Origin: Octopus sinensis
Lineage: Eukaryota
Assembly: GCF_006345805.1 (NCBI RefSeq)
Contig: NC_043018.1
Coordinates: 15,934,001 to 15,998,000 of the forward strand
Direction: 5' to 3'
DNA: 64,000 nt
A program made the position numbers and the translations under genes. Below, in pieces: positions 50,264 through 63,694 of this stretch. Every line of letters begins with the position of its first letter. Positions within the stretch are counted from its first letter, which is position 1. The notes beneath the pieces were generated by a model. The model ran no database searches. It saw nothing but the letters and a program-made list of their open reading frames with translations, and was not told where the DNA came from.

Positions 50264-51073
50264 ATGGAAAATGAATTATGCGAGAACTATTCTAAAAGGA
50301 TTGGTTTTTCAGAAGAGATATTTCACTGCGATATCTGTAATATGACATTTTCTGAAAAAGATGACCTAACTACTCACAAACGTATTCATACAGGAGAGAA
50401 ACCATATCACTGTGATATCTGTGGTAAATCGTTTGCTCATGTAACTACCTTAAATAATCATATACATATTCGTTCGTTAGAGAAACAATATCAGTGTGAT
50501 AACTGTGGCAAATCATTCTCCCGTGCCATAACCTTGACTAACCACAAACGTATTCATACGGGAGAGAAACCATATCACTGTGATGTTTGTGGTAAATCGT
50601 TCTCGGGTGCGGCTAACTTGAGCAAACACAAGCGCATTCATACAGGAGAGAAACCATATCACTGTGATATCTGTGGAAAATCATTCTCTGAAACAAATAA
50701 GTTAACTAGTCACATGCACATTCATACAGGAGAGAAGCCGTATCCCTGTGAAATCTGTGGTAAATCATTCTCTGACCCAGGTAACTTAACTAAACACAAA
50801 CACATCCATACAGGAGAGAAGCCATATGACTGTGATATCTGTGGTAAATCATTCTTTCAACGGCGCCAGTTAACCGAACACAAATATATTCATACAGGAG
50901 AGAAGCCATGTCACTGTGAAATCTGTGGTAAGTCTTTCACTCGAAATGGTAGTCTGACTAACCACATACGTCTTCACACAGGAGAAAAACCATTCCACTG
51001 TGATATCTGTGGTAAATCCTTCTGTCAAAGAAGTCACTTAACCAGACATTTATTTGTTCATACAGAAGAATAA
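50264..51073 (+). CDS. C2H2 zinc-finger protein, 9 finger units (269 aa)
   Basis: MENEL start and tandem fingers (finger 2 has His>Arg). Clear paralogue of 40533. Confidence 0.95.
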   Translation: MENELCENYSKRIGFSEEIFHCDICNMTFSEKDDLTTHKRIHTGEKPYHCDICGKSFAHVTTLNNHIHIRSLEKQYQCDNCGKSFSRAITLTNHKRIHTGEKPYHCDVCGKSFSGAANLSKHKRIHTGEKPYHCDICGKSFSETNKLTSHMHIHTGEKPYPCEICGKSFSDPGNLTKHKHIHTGEKPYDCDICGKSFFQRRQLTEHKYIHTGEKPCHCEICGKSFTRNGSLTNHIRLHTGEKPFHCDICGKSFCQRSHLTRHLFVHTEE

Positions 51074-51177
51074 CAACATCTGTATCAACACTTAAAAGAA
51101 ATAACTTATTTAACTCTAAATATATTTACACAGATGCTGTACTGTGATATCAAGTTCTCAAAAGAATATTTTATATA

Positions 51178-51691
51178 CCGTAAATCTTCGAGTACAATCC
51201 GCACTTTTTTTCCCCAAAATTTAAAGGTCAAAATCCCTAGTTCGTACTATATACGAGGTTAAAAATGAAAGATATTTTCTAAGCAATATCCGAGTCTCTA
51301 TTTGCTATCCGGCAATGTTTATTCAAATGCATTTTGCGATGTCGGGCGTGAAAATACCTTAAGCTAAGCCTGAAAGCAATGAAGTCATAAAAGAATCATC
51401 CATAATTTGCAATAAGAAACATTTATTAAACGTTATTACTGTTATTTCTTTATCTTCTGCAAACAAAATGCACAAAAAAGCTACACGTTTTCATTATATT
51501 AAATATACAATGATAATAAAGGACTTTGCTGTATACATTTTTACAAACCAAGGACGTTATATAGACCTCCTTGACTCAAGTTAGAGAAGGGGTGCGTATT
51601 ATACACTAGGTTTAAGGTTTTCAGAGGTACAGCCCCCTAAAAATCCCCTGCATATTATACTCAAGAGCGGACTATACTCGAGGATTTACGG
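51178..51691. mobile_element. Tc1/mariner/pogo-type MITE in the ZNF 3' region
   Basis: TA|CCGTAAATCTTCGAGTACAATCCGC ... GCGGACTATACTCGAGGATTTACGG|TA. AATAAA follows at ~51726. Confidence 0.85.
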
Positions 51692-52839
51692 TATATCAAA
51701 AAATATATACATTTGTGATATTTTTAATAAAACTCATTATTTCAGAATATTCATCTGTCTTCCATTTATTTATTTGATATCAGTTACAAATTTTGGCACA
51801 AGGCCAGCAATTTCAGGAGGGGTAGTAGTCAATTATATTGACCCCAGTATTCTACTGGTACTTATTTTAATCGATCCCAAAATGATGAAAGGCAAAGTTG
51901 ACCTCAGTACCATTTGAACTCAGATGAAATACCACTAAGTATTTTACCTGATGATTTATTTATTTATTTAATATCACAAGCCGTGTATGATAGCATCATT
52001 TGTTCTAGGTTTCCACTGAGACAATTTCCAATGGTGAGAATGACAGGGGAATGTCCAACTTGGTACAAAAGAAATAAGTGACTGAGTATAATGACCACTG
52101 GTTTTTCAGTTCCTTTACCTATTTCTTTACTACCCACAAGGGGCTAAACACAGAGAGGACAGACAAATGGATTAAGTCAATTACATCAACCCCAGTGCGT
52201 AAATGATACTTAATTTATCGACCCCGAAAGGATGAAAGGCAAAGTCAACTTTGGCGGAATTTGAACTCAGAACGTAACGGCAGACGAAATACCACTAAGC
52301 ATTTCGCCCGGCGTGCTAACGTTTCTGCCAGTTCTTTTACCAATGTTTACATCATCCATTTGAAGATCATGTTTCATTACCTTGTCCCATGTCTTCTTGG
52401 GTTTACCTCTTCCACAGATAAAGATCAGCACTTCTTTACACAGCTGTCCTCATCCATACGCATCACATGACTACACCATTGGTCATCTCTCTTGCACACC
52501 ACATCTGATGCCTCTTTGCCAAATTTTTCTCTCAAAACACTTGCACATCCATGCAAAGCGTACTAGCTTCATTTCTTCCATGCCTATGCATATCCTCAGC
52601 AGTCACAGCCGGTGTTATGTAACTCGTACCCATGCCAGTGATACACAAAAGCACCCATTACACTCTTGGAGTGGTTGGCATTAGGAAGGGCATCCAGCCA
52701 CAGAAACCAGGCCAAATCAGATTGGAACCTGGTGCAGCTCTCCAGCTTACCAGTTTTAGTCCAACCCATGCCAGCATGGAAAGCAGATGCTAAATGAGGA
52801 TGACGATATATGTGTGTCATCATCATCATCAACATTTAA

Positions 52840-53048
52840 CCCTTTAGTGTTCTGATTATTCTATCAAACATAATGCTTATTGATTCCCATTGATTTGAAT
52901 TAATCCTGCATTATCTCATATCTTCAAGATCTTGATGATGTAATTACTTAATGTAGAATAACATTGTAGGGTAGGTGTGAGAGCCTGGATCTGGTCAGTC
53001 TGAACATAAAACAGATTAAATATTTTGACCGGTTTAAATACTAAAGGG
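52840..53048. mobile_element. Second piggyBac-type MITE family, inserted at a TTAA in a family C copy
   Basis: TTAA|CCCTTTAG ... CTAAAGGG|TTAA. Relatives at ~16655-17118 (split) and 43210-43415. Confidence 0.8.
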
Positions 53049-53539
53049 TTAACGTCTGTTGTCCATGCTGGCATAGTTTGGACAGTTTGACCAGGGCTAG
53101 TAAGCTGAGGGGCAGCACCAGATCCCAGTCTGATTTGGCATGGTTTCTATGACTGGATGCCCTTCCTAACACCAACCATTCTGAGAGTGCAATGGGTGCT
53201 TTTACGTGCACCCATTACCTCTAGCTTACTGGTATTTGATGGAGTCGGCGAACTGGCAGAGACATTAGCACGCCGGGCGAAATGCTTTGTGATATTTCGT
53301 CTGCTGCTGCGTTCTGAGTTCAACTTTGCCTTTCATCCTTTCGGGGTCGATAAATTAAGTACCAGTGACGCACTGGGGTCGATGTAATCGACTTAATCCG
53401 TTTGTCTCTACTTGTTTGTCCCCTCTATGTTTAGCCCCTTGTGGGCAGTGAAGAAATGGGTATTTGATGGAATCTATTTTCTGTACATTTTTAGTGTTTA
53501 TTGTACAAAAACTATTTTCCCAGTTAACCTACCTTGGAT

Positions 53540-54228
53540 ATTATTACACCTATTAAGTGTCCACAGCTTGCACCAGGTTCATCTTATGGAATTTCTACCT
53601 TCATCTTTCCTACAGATCAAAAGATTTCTGAGTTGTCTGCTTTCCTACTTACTAAGACTTTTGTTTTCGCTAAGATAACTCTAAGGCCCTTTGATTCTAG
53701 ACTTTGTATCCACACGTGAAGTCTCTTCTCTAGTTTTGGTAGTGATTCAGCTACAAGAACATCATCAGTATAGAGGAGTTCCCAGGGGCAGCCCACCTTA
53801 AATTTCTCTGTTATTGCCTGAAGGATTGTGATGAACAAGGAGGGGACTGAGAACTGCTCCTTGGTGAGCCTCTACTTGTACCTTGAATTCATTGCCAACC
53901 CCCATCTTACAGACTGCATCCCTGTACATGGCTTGTACAGTTCTTACAAACGACTCCTCTATCCGTAGTTTACACATTGATCATCAAATAAGGGATTAAG
54001 GGACCTTGTCAAAGGCCCTCTCCATGTCAACAAAAACTTTGTACAGAAGTTTGTCTTTGGCTAGGTACTTCTCCTGCAGCTGCCTTACCAGAAATATGGC
54101 ATCAGTGGTGCTTCTCCCTGGCACAAAACTAAACTGCACCTCATCTAGACTAACTCTTTTGTTAATTAGTTGGGCTATGTCCCTCTCCACGACTTTCATC
54201 ACCTGATCCAACAATTTGATACCTCCAT
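53540..54228 (-). mobile_element. RTE-clade LINE reverse transcriptase fragment
   Basis: GIKLLDQVMKVVER...QFSFVPGRSTTDAIFLVRQLQEKY...FVDMERAFDKVP and PWELLYTDD, with stops and frameshifts. Confidence 0.88.
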
Positions 54229-54332
54229 AGTGTGTGTATGTATATATATATATATAATATATATATATATAACCAAGAAGAAAGCAACAAGAATGGATCG
54301 GTAGTTTAGTACAATTGTTTCATACTATAAAC

Positions 54333-54363
<31 letters not shown>

Positions 54364-56429
54364 GTCTATGTATGTATGTATTGTTCATTGAAGAAATAAG
54401 GGGTGAAGGTCCAAAGATGGAAGCAGAGGTAAGAATGAAGAGGTCTAAAAGTAAATGTAGCAAAGAGGAGTCTTAGTCAAGCAATGAAGCACAAAGGACC
54501 CTACAGCCATCCGGGAAGGAATGATGTCTGATATGCAGAAAATAGGTAAGTAAATATTTTATGTACCCAGTGTATATAAGAGATCTCTTGGAAGGATATC
54601 TATTAGAGATATTAATATAATAGCCAAAAGCACCATCTGATCGTAGCCGTTGCTAGCCTCGTCTGGCACCTGTGCTGGTGGCACGTAAAAAGCACCCACT
54701 ACATTCACTGGTTGGTGTTAGGAAGGGCATCCAGCTGTAGAAACATTGCCAGATCAGACTGGGCCTGGTGCAGCCTTCTGGCTTCCCAGACCCCGGTTGA
54801 ACCGTCCAACACATGCTAGCATGGAAAGCGAACGCTAAACGATGATGATGATGATGATGAGGTCTATTGCGTGCTTGTTCAGATAATTTGTGACAAAGTG
54901 CAGGCATGGTTGTGCGTTTAACTAGTTTGACTCCCATCCATGTGGTTTCAGGTTCAGTCCTTCCATGTGGCACTTCTGGTGTCTCTTCTGTAGGCTGAAG
55001 CCAATCAAAGCTTTGTGAGTGGATTTGGTAAATGGAAACTGAAAGAAAATAAAACCATCATATATAGGTGCAGTAGTGGCTGTTTTGTAAGTAGCTTGCT
55101 TACCAACCACATGGTTCCAGGTTCAGTCCCACTGCGTGGCACCTGGAACAAGTGTCTTCTACTATAGCCTCGGGCCGACCAAAGCCTTGTGAGTGGATTT
55201 GGTAGACGGAAACTGAAAGAAGCCTGTCATATATATGTGTGTGTGTTTGTCCCCCCAACATTGCTTGACAACCAATGCTGGTGTGTTTACGTCCCCATAA
55301 CTTAGCGGTTTGGCAAAAGAGAACCACAGAATAAGTCCTGGGGTCGATTTTCTCAGCTAAAGGCGGTTCTCCAGCATGGCCACAGTCAAATGACTGAAAC
55401 ACGTAAAAGAGTAAAAAAGGGAGTATATGAATGTGTATTTGTCAGCGTTTCCTTATGCCGTCATCATATGGTGATTGTAAGCAAGCGTCATCATCATCAT
55501 CATCATCATAAAGCCATGTCATATCCAGTCTTCCATGGAAACATGCCTGTCTAACCAAAAGTTAATATTACCTTGCTTGGAAAGAGGTGAGGGTTGGCAA
55601 CAGGAAGGGCATCCAGCTGTAGAAAATCTACTTTAATGAATTCTCTCTGATCCATGGAAAAGTGACAATAATGATGATGATGATGGTCGTCATCGTCATC
55701 ATCATCATAATAATAATAATGATGATGATGATAAGTGCGAAATTCACTTCATACTCATTTTTTTTCACCCATTTTCTAGAATAACTTTGTATCACCTTAA
55801 AATAATTCAATAAATAAGAAAACAAGGTTTAAATGTTTTAATTTTGAATTTATTACACAACTTGCCGGTGATACGTTAAAAGCACCGTCCGAAAGTGGCA
55901 GAAGCCAGCACCACCCGACTGGCGTCCGTGTCGGTGACACGTAAAAGCACCAACCGATCATGGCCATTTGCCAGCCTCCTCTGGCCCCTGTGCCAGTGGC
56001 ACGTAAAAAGCACCCACTACACTCACGGAGTGGTTGGCGTTAGGAAGGGCATCCAGTTGTAGAAACACTGCCAGATCAGACTGGAGCCTGGAGCAGCCCC
56101 CTGGCTCCCCAGACCCCAGTCGAACCAGCCAACCCATGCTAGCATGGAAAGCGGACGTTAAACGATGATGATGATGACTAATTTAGGTAACTTTTTGCTT
56201 ACATGTCCCATTTACTCAGTAATATAACAGAGATGTTGAAGAAGGCAAAAACAGAGACACCAGTGAGGATACAGAAGTGATTTACTTTTTAATGAGGTAA
56301 TATTTATTTAGCATTGAGTTAGACTTGACATTCTCATTGTACGAACCTCTGGCTTACCAACTCAAAGCTCCTTGTGACATTGTTCACAACATAAATATAA
56401 AATAAATAAGTAAGTGAACATGATTCTGG

Positions 56430-57246
56430 TTAAATAAGATATTTTTCAAAGACAATATACCACAAATAACACAATGATATGGTTTCTCTCTTGTAAGAAT
56501 GCATTTGTTAGTAGTGAGGTTACATTTTGCAGAGAATAACTGTTTACAGGTATCACAAAGGTAAGATGCTTTCCCTGTCTTTCTCCTCATCAATAAAATT
56601 TATTTTTCTCAAATTCATCATCATCATCATTTAGCGTCTGCTTTCCATGCTAGCATGGGTTGGACGGTTCAACTGGGGTCTGGGAAGCCAGGAGGCTGCA
56701 CCAGGTCCAGTTTGATCTGGCAGTGTTTCTACAGCTGGATGCCCTTCTTAACGCCAACCACTCCGTGAGTGTAGTGGGTGCTTTTTACGTGCCACCGGCA
56801 CAGGTGCCAGGTGAGGCTGGCAACAGCCACGATCAGTTGGTGCTTTTTACGTGCCACCAGCATGGGGGCACATAATTCATTCTCCAGATTATTTCTTCTC
56901 TCACCACAATATACCATGTCTCTTCTTTTCATTTTTATATATTCTACCCATAAGAAATTCTTCTATTGCTGTTGATACATAAAGATGTCAACACATTTGA
57001 GAAATTTCCCAACTTTAATTAGAATGCCAAAAATCAACTGATATGCATTCATTCTATACAGCAAAAAAAAAAAAAACGGTGCTAATAAATCCACTGAGTG
57101 AAAATATTTCTGAGTAATTCTTCCATAGATTTATTAAAGTGAAGTTGTGTCTCATCTGTACTTCTTTCATCAGTCTTTAAGAGATGGTAAATATTGATGT
57201 TGCATCTGATGTAAGCGATTATTTTAGTCCAATATTCTTTGATTTT
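56430..57246 (-). pseudogene. C2H2 ZNF pseudogene with a well-preserved 5'UTR exon start
   Basis: Acceptor and UTR closely match 49930-50090. Start reads LENELC (ATG lost), split by a family C copy. Only ~1.5 decayed fingers remain (YLCDTCKQLF...TREKPYHCVIC). Confidence 0.8.
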
Positions 57247-58178
57247 CTGAAATAACAAAGAAATAGTATAAGACACAGAGAGGTGCATTCTAATACCAAT
57301 AAAAACTGCAGAAATAAACATTTACTGTGAACTAATGTGCTTTACTTTTAAATCTGTTTTGAAAATCATGAAGAAATCACAAAAATAGAAGTCAAAGCTG
57401 GCCTTGAGAACGCTTAGCAAAGAAAATGGGATCTTTTTACCATAAATGAAATGGCCATACTTAGAACACAGAAAAGAAGTAGGTAGAAATTTCCTGAAGT
57501 GTGCTGTATAGAAATTAGGGATGTACAAGAGGTGGGGTGGGACCAGAAGCAGTTTAACAGAGGATCTAAACTTCAGGGCTATAAACACGAAGATCGGCCA
57601 GATTTCCTTTGTCCGGTAAAATATATACAGGAAATTCCAGGTTAAAGGAATCGGGGTTAACTGAAGTTTATTTAAATACTGTTTGGTGGTACAATTACAC
57701 AAGCTAACAAGATTGGTCCTTCATCAACAATGTGAGAGAGTACGATCAGTCACTTAAGCTCGGGTCGCATTCTCCACCGAACCAGAAGTCCGTTCTCTGC
57801 GAACCCAGCTCGATAACTAGTCTCCTTGAAGATCAACTAGAAATGAGTGGGTTTGAAGTCAGCTTCGATAATAGGCAGCTGGACATCGGCGACGGTGCAT
57901 GCCCATGAATATGCTTGTGAGCTGATGTGAAGAGAGACAATGAGGCGTCCGTACACTGATTGTGAAGCCTCGCTCTCTATAACACACACATATATATACA
58001 ACGGGCTTCTTTCAGTTTCCGTCTACCAAATCCACTCACAAGGCTTTGGTCGGTCCTAGGCTATAGTTAAGGACACTTGCTCAAGGTGCCACGCAGTGGG
58101 ACTGAACCCGGAACCATGTGGTTCGTAAGCAAGCTACTTACAACACAGCCACTCCTACGCCTGTAGTGGAATGTTTTT

Positions 58179-58597
58179 GGCGATCTTTCGTCTCTAGTAG
58201 ACCTTTCCGTCGATTTCCGTAAAAAAATTTTTTTTTTTACATATGGGCTTGCGGGAACTTTTGAAGTAATATACATACATATACACATACACCGAGTAAA
58301 AAATTTCAGTTATCTCTTTCTTTCACACATTACTCTGTCTCTTCACACACACTAACAGAAGCACTTCACTTACACAACATACTGTCTGTCTCCCACACCC
58401 CATCAAACACACACACACACATGTACATCAATGCTTCCCATGCACGGTAACTTCAAAAGAACTTCCCTCGTCATACAATCGCTTTCTCTTAGTCTCTTTC
58501 GCTCTCATTACTTCAAAAGTTCCCGCAAGCCCATATGTAAAAAAAAAATTTTTTTACGGAAATCGACGGAAAGGTCTACTAGAGACGAAAGATTGCC
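58179..58597. mobile_element. Mutator-like non-autonomous element, second copy (opposite orientation)
   Basis: Same TIRs and interior as 33964-34523. Confidence 0.85.
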
Positions 58598-58600
58598 GTT

Positions 58601-59131
58601 GGCGATGTTTCGCATGTTGTAGCACAAGTTTTCCGTCGATTTCCGTAAAAAACTTTTATTTTTTTTACATAAGTAATGAGAGCGAAAGAGACTAAGAGAA
58701 AGCGATTTTATGACGAGGAAGTTTCTCTTTGAAGTTACCGTCTAGGGGAAGCATTGATGTACATGTGTGTGTGTGTGTGTTTGATGGGGTGTGGGAGACA
58801 GACAGTATGTCATGTAAGTGAAGTGCTTCTGTTAGTGTGTGTGAAGAGACAGAGAGTAATGTGTGAAAGAGAGAGATAACTGATTTTTACTCGGTGTGTG
58901 TGTATATGTATGTATGTATGTGTGTGTATGTATGTATGGCCGATTCATCGTAATTACAATGAATCGGCCATACATACACACACATACATAGATACATACA
59001 CACACACACATACATACATACATATATACACACACCGAGTAAAAAATCAGTTATCTCTCTCTTTCACACATTACTCTCTGTCTCTTCACACACACTAACA
59101 GAAGCACTTCACTTACATGACATACTGTCTG
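58601..59131. mobile_element. Variant Mutator-like copy ending in a ~150-bp-arm fold-back
   Basis: Variant TIR GGCGATGTTTCGC. Palindrome centred at GCCGATTCATCGTAATTACAATGAATCGGC (58939-58968). Confidence 0.75.
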
Positions 59132-59819
59132 CCAGATTCCTGTCTATTGGTTCAGAAGCCGGGATGTTTCACAGAGTCTATTTGTAGCCGGTAGTCTAGT
59201 TAGGATGTCTAGCATCCTCGTTGCTGTATCCTCATTCAGGATTACTGTTGCGTAGGAATGTTTTGTCAGGTCCGAAGTGATCTTCATCATGTTCAAATAC
59301 GTTTCAGCTTTTGCGAACCAGACCTCGCCCACCCTAGGCCAGAATCGTGGCAGCTTCAGTGCGATGATGATGTTCTCGCTCGTCATGATTCTGTATTTTC
59401 TATTTGGGGGTCACCACTTATAACTATACATAAAAATAACTCCAAACGAATGTGCGTTGAGAGGAAGCGAATCAGTCAGCCAAGTTCTGGTTTTATTTTC
59501 TGCCAAACCGGAAATCCTTTCTCTGCGGACCAGCTTTATAACTAGTCTGCAGTGAAGATCTTTACTCTTTACTCTTTTACTTGTTTCAGTCATTTGACTG
59601 TGGCCATGCTGGAGCACCGCCGTTATTCGAACAAATCGACCCCAGCACTTATTCTTTGTAAGCCTAGTACTTATTCTATCGGTCTCTTTTGCCGAACCGC
59701 TAAGTTACGGGGACGTAAACAAACCAGCATCGGTTGTCAAGCAATGTTGGGGGGGTGGTGGACAAACACTAACACACACACACTCACACATATATACACA
59801 TACATGTATACGACGGGCA

Positions 59820-60202
59820 AGGAGACGCAATGGCCCAGTGGTTAGGGCAGCGAACTCGCGGTCATAGGATCGCGGTTTCGATTCCCAGACCGGGCGTTGT
59901 GAGTGTTTATTGAGCGAAAACACCTAAAGCTCCACGAGGCTCCGGCAGGGGATGGTGGTGATCCCTGCTGTACTCTTTCACCACAACTTTCTCTCACTCT
60001 TACTTCCTGTTTCTGTTGTACCTGTATTTCAAAGGGCCGCCCTTGTCACTCTCTGTGTCACGCTGAATATCCCCGAGAACTACGTTAAGGGTACACGTGT
60101 CTGTGGAGTGCTCAGCCACTTACACGTTAATTTCACGAGCAGGCTGTTCCGTTGATTCGGATCAACCGGAACCCTCCTCGTCGTAACCGACGGAGTGCTT
60201 CC
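59820..60202 (+). mobile_element. SINE family D, full length
   Basis: A box TGGCCCAGTGG and B box GGTTTCGATTCCC. Flanked by TACGACGGGCA repeats inside a family A copy. Confidence 0.88.
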
Positions 60203-60488
60203 ATCATACGACGGGCACTCTTGTATAGGTATGCCTAAATTTTATGGAGACGTCGTCGGAATTTGAACTCAGAACGTAAAGACCCGAATTGGAACCAGGC
60301 CATTAAAATTTTTAAAAAACCCCCAAAGACCGACGAAAAAAAAAAGGCCCGGGCCTTTTTCTAATTGTAATTGCTAGTTATCCCCCCTTATCTGCCACGC
60401 TCTCTACGATCTTCCCTCGCAACGCACGTGTTATGTACATTTCCCTTTAAATGGTTTGTCTTGTTTCAGGACAACAGAAACTGGCAAA

Positions 60489-60530
60489 ATGGGGAAATCT
60501 TCGCGACATCAAGGTGAAAACAAATATAAA
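60489..60530 (+). CDS. UTP20: UTP20 (SSU processome component 20) coding exon 1: MGKSSRHQGENKYK
   Basis: aaaATGG start context and AAA|gtaagt donor. Resembles the human N-terminus MKTKPVSHKTENTYR. Confidence 0.82.
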
Positions 60531-62661
60531 GTAAGTTTTATTAATGTCCGAACATCGAATCTATCAACCGTCTATTGCTGTTCAGAAAAATCTAAGTTAT
60601 AATTAAGTAATTAATAGATCTTCAACAATACTTTATCATAGTGCTCGTTTCTCATCTGCTAGAAATAACAGCCACGTACTTTACTGTTCTGTTAAAAAAA
60701 AAAAAAAAAAGGATATATTCGATAATATTATCTTAGGTAAACTATCCCTGAAAGGACGGGATTGTCACGGGTGGAGGGCCTTTGAACATAGGTCTACTCA
60801 GTCAGGGCTGACCGGTCGCTAAACGTCAACAAGGCATGCTTTTTTAGATTCGTCAGGATTTAGTTAATTAGTTATTTTATTATTAACAATTAACATCGGC
60901 GTAATTGTCCATCATTGTATGTGTAGTTATTATTAAAGAAAGAGCTGTCCAATGGATCGTAGTTCGTTACTGGTATATTCAAAACTTAGGGCCATACCTA
61001 CACACGTCTCACAATTACAAAATAAAACTTGAAACTTTGAAGAATATGATGTGATATATGTCAGTGTATACGCTCTCACCAATTTTTTTTTCCACATTAA
61101 ATTCCGATATAACCGTAATCTACATAATCCGAAAGCTATTTACAGAAAATTTCACTTTAAAATATCCATTTTTCTGAATGTTATGGGGGAAACAAATTCG
61201 AAGGATACACTTGTGAACTTACACCGTGTAACCGACCACAGTCCATTACTGGTATTCAAACTATACAGCAGGGATTCTTGACCATTTTTTTAATAAACGT
61301 ACTCCTTTGATTACTGTTTTATTGTGGTGTCCCCCCCCCTCCCCAAGGTATTCGATGTTTAAAAACTACCTTTATAGAAACTAATTACAAAATTCCTATC
61401 TTGTTTTTCACACATCAACTTGTGTAGATTGAATTATGTAAAATATTAGAGAAAGAAACCCAGCTGTTTCTTGCAATACATACCAACGCATACATCTGAA
61501 GCAAGATTTTTCAGGGACCCTTAAAATAGTTGTGGATCCCCAATTTACTGTTTGGTTGTGTGGACGCCAGAAATCTTATATTGGACCCCAGAAATCCAAA
61601 CCATTCGTTTGGATCTAGGGCGGAATTCCGGTTAAAGCACCCCATATAACGCCTCATAACTTCTTTATTTTTCGGAATTTTCAGAAACTTTTTTTTGCGA
61701 ATTTGTGTTCTACACACGGGAATTCATACGATTAAGCAAAAAAAACAATTTTTTTTTATGGGTGATTTAGCTGTTTTTAGCACACCTCACGACTACCTGA
61801 TATGTTCATCTTTTCTTTGTTACTCTGGCATGTATTGATGTATTTCAATATTTTTCTCCCCATAAACACATTTAATGGAATGATGATGCACTCAAAAGTG
61901 GCCCTTTGCTGGGATTTAAGCAAAAAAATTCAGACTGTCCGTATTTTAAACTTATTTAAAAAAGAAATTGGGAAAAGAGTGGAACTTTTAGGATTTAGAG
62001 GAGGGGTAAAAAAATTTTTTTTATATAATCATATGAATTCCTGTGTCTGGAATTTGCAAACGTTTTCTGAAAATTCCAAGCAAATAACAGTATTATGAAG
62101 GGTTATACGGAGTGCTTAAACCAGAATTCTACTTTTGATATATATGTTTCTGAGACTGGTCCTCATATAAACTTTCTGTTTTACACTAATCTCAATTAAA
62201 AATTTCATTAAAATAATTGTGTTCCAAACACCTGCTTAATATTTACAAAATTATCTTGCTAAAATTCTTCATTCTTCTCAAAATCAGTTGACAGAAAGGC
62301 AGTTCATTTCCACAGAAATATAGTTGACAAGGGTTAAAATGGTCTAAAAACCTTCCATCAGAATTTGATGCTAACTTGTTCCAAATATCAGTTTAATAAT
62401 TTATTTGACAAAATTTATTGAAACAAAGGCAATGTATTTCAACAGAAATATGGTAACAAAAGGGTTAAAGTGATCTAAATTAAAACTTTCCATGAAAATT
62501 TCATTTTAAAATAATTATGTTTCAAACAGCTTAATAATTACAAAATTGCTTTGCTAAATTCTTCATTATTTTTAAAACTAATTGAAACAAATCTGTTAAT
62601 TTCAACAGTAATATATTAACAAAACTGTCCATTCAACTCTAACCTATCTCTTTGTTTTTAG

Positions 62662-62742
62662 TTCAAGAAGTTTTCTGATCGTGTTGCTGCAGTAAAGATC
62701 GATGTTGTACATAAGATACGACAACCAACAGAAGACAGTGAG
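62662..62742 (+). CDS. UTP20: UTP20 coding exon 2: FKKFSDRVAAVKIDVVHKIRQPTEDSE (gene continues beyond the window)
   Basis: tttttag acceptor, GAG|gtaaga donor, 81 nt, phase 0. Resembles FLTFAERLGNVNIDIIHRI. Confidence 0.85.
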
Positions 62743-63234
62743 GTAAGAATATTTTCATCTTTGGATTTCACACATCAGCATTACCACAGAAAAATTGTGA
62801 TTACAGTTTTTGTAAATCTTTTCTTATATAGGCGCAGGAGTGGCTGTGTGGTAAGTAGCTTGTCTACCAACCACATGGTTCTGGGTTCAGTCCCACTGTG
62901 TGGCACCTTGGGCAAGTGTCTTCTACTATAGCCTTGGGCCGACCAAAGCTTTGTGAATGGATTTGGTAGACAGAAACTGAAAGAAGCCCGTTGTATATAT
63001 ATGTTTGCATTTGTGTGTCTGTATTTTTCCCCTAGCATTGCTTGACAACCGATGCTGGTGTGTTTATGTCCCCGTTACTTAGTGGTTCAGCGAAAGAGAC
63101 GGATAGAATAAGTACTGGGCTTACAAAAGAATAAGTCCCGGGGTCAAGTTGCTCATTTAAAGGCGGTGCTCCAGCATGGCCGCAGTCAAATGACTGAAAC
63201 AAGTAAAAGAGTAAAGGGTATATCCTCTTGATTA

Positions 63235-63570
63235 AACTGTATGGAGTGCAATGTTACCTGGTAGTGAGATGTGCGCCCTGAATGCAGAGGACATGCTCTG
63301 CTGGATGTGTGATGTCAGTGTCTGTGTGTGTGATGGGGCATTGGTGTATTGAGGGAGAAGTTGGGCATAAGAGGGATTATATGCAGTGTGCAAGAGAGGA
63401 GACTGCGCTGGTTTGATCATGGGATGCAAAAAAAGTGCTGATTACTTGGAGGGAAGTTGTGAAAGAGGGGGACCCAAGAAGACATAGGACAAAGTTTTGA
63501 AGGTTCATCTCAAAATGCTGAGCCTTACAAAGGAGGTGACTGAGGACTGAGATAAGTGGTGCATTGGAAT
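63235..63570 (+). mobile_element. Decayed RTE-clade LINE 3' coding fragment
   Basis: Remnants such as MLCWMCDVS, VQERGLRWFDH and RGGPKKT. Related minus-strand piece at ~52340-52590. Confidence 0.6.
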
Positions 63571-63694
63571 GAACCCAAAACCCTGTGGTTTGAAGCAGAT
63601 TTTCTAACCACACATTCATACCTGCACCTTTATTTATATGCTTATTATTATTATCTTCTTTTTTTCTTCAGGATTATGAAACATATTTTCAGGC

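Larger units (their letters stand above)
57830..59550 (-). mobile_element. Ty3/Gypsy relic (PBS, gag N-terminus, protease remnant) split by later insertions
   Basis: PBS TGGTGACCCCC at 59406-59416 (tRNA-Trp type). Gag-like KLPRFWP...WFAKAE...ITSDLTK at 59144-59386. Protease-like YSWACTVADVQLPIIEADF near 57860-57920. Confidence 0.72.

Noticed and set aside
54295-54330. Half hammerhead GAAACAATTGTA on the minus strand
   Set aside because: No matching CUGANGA half found nearby.
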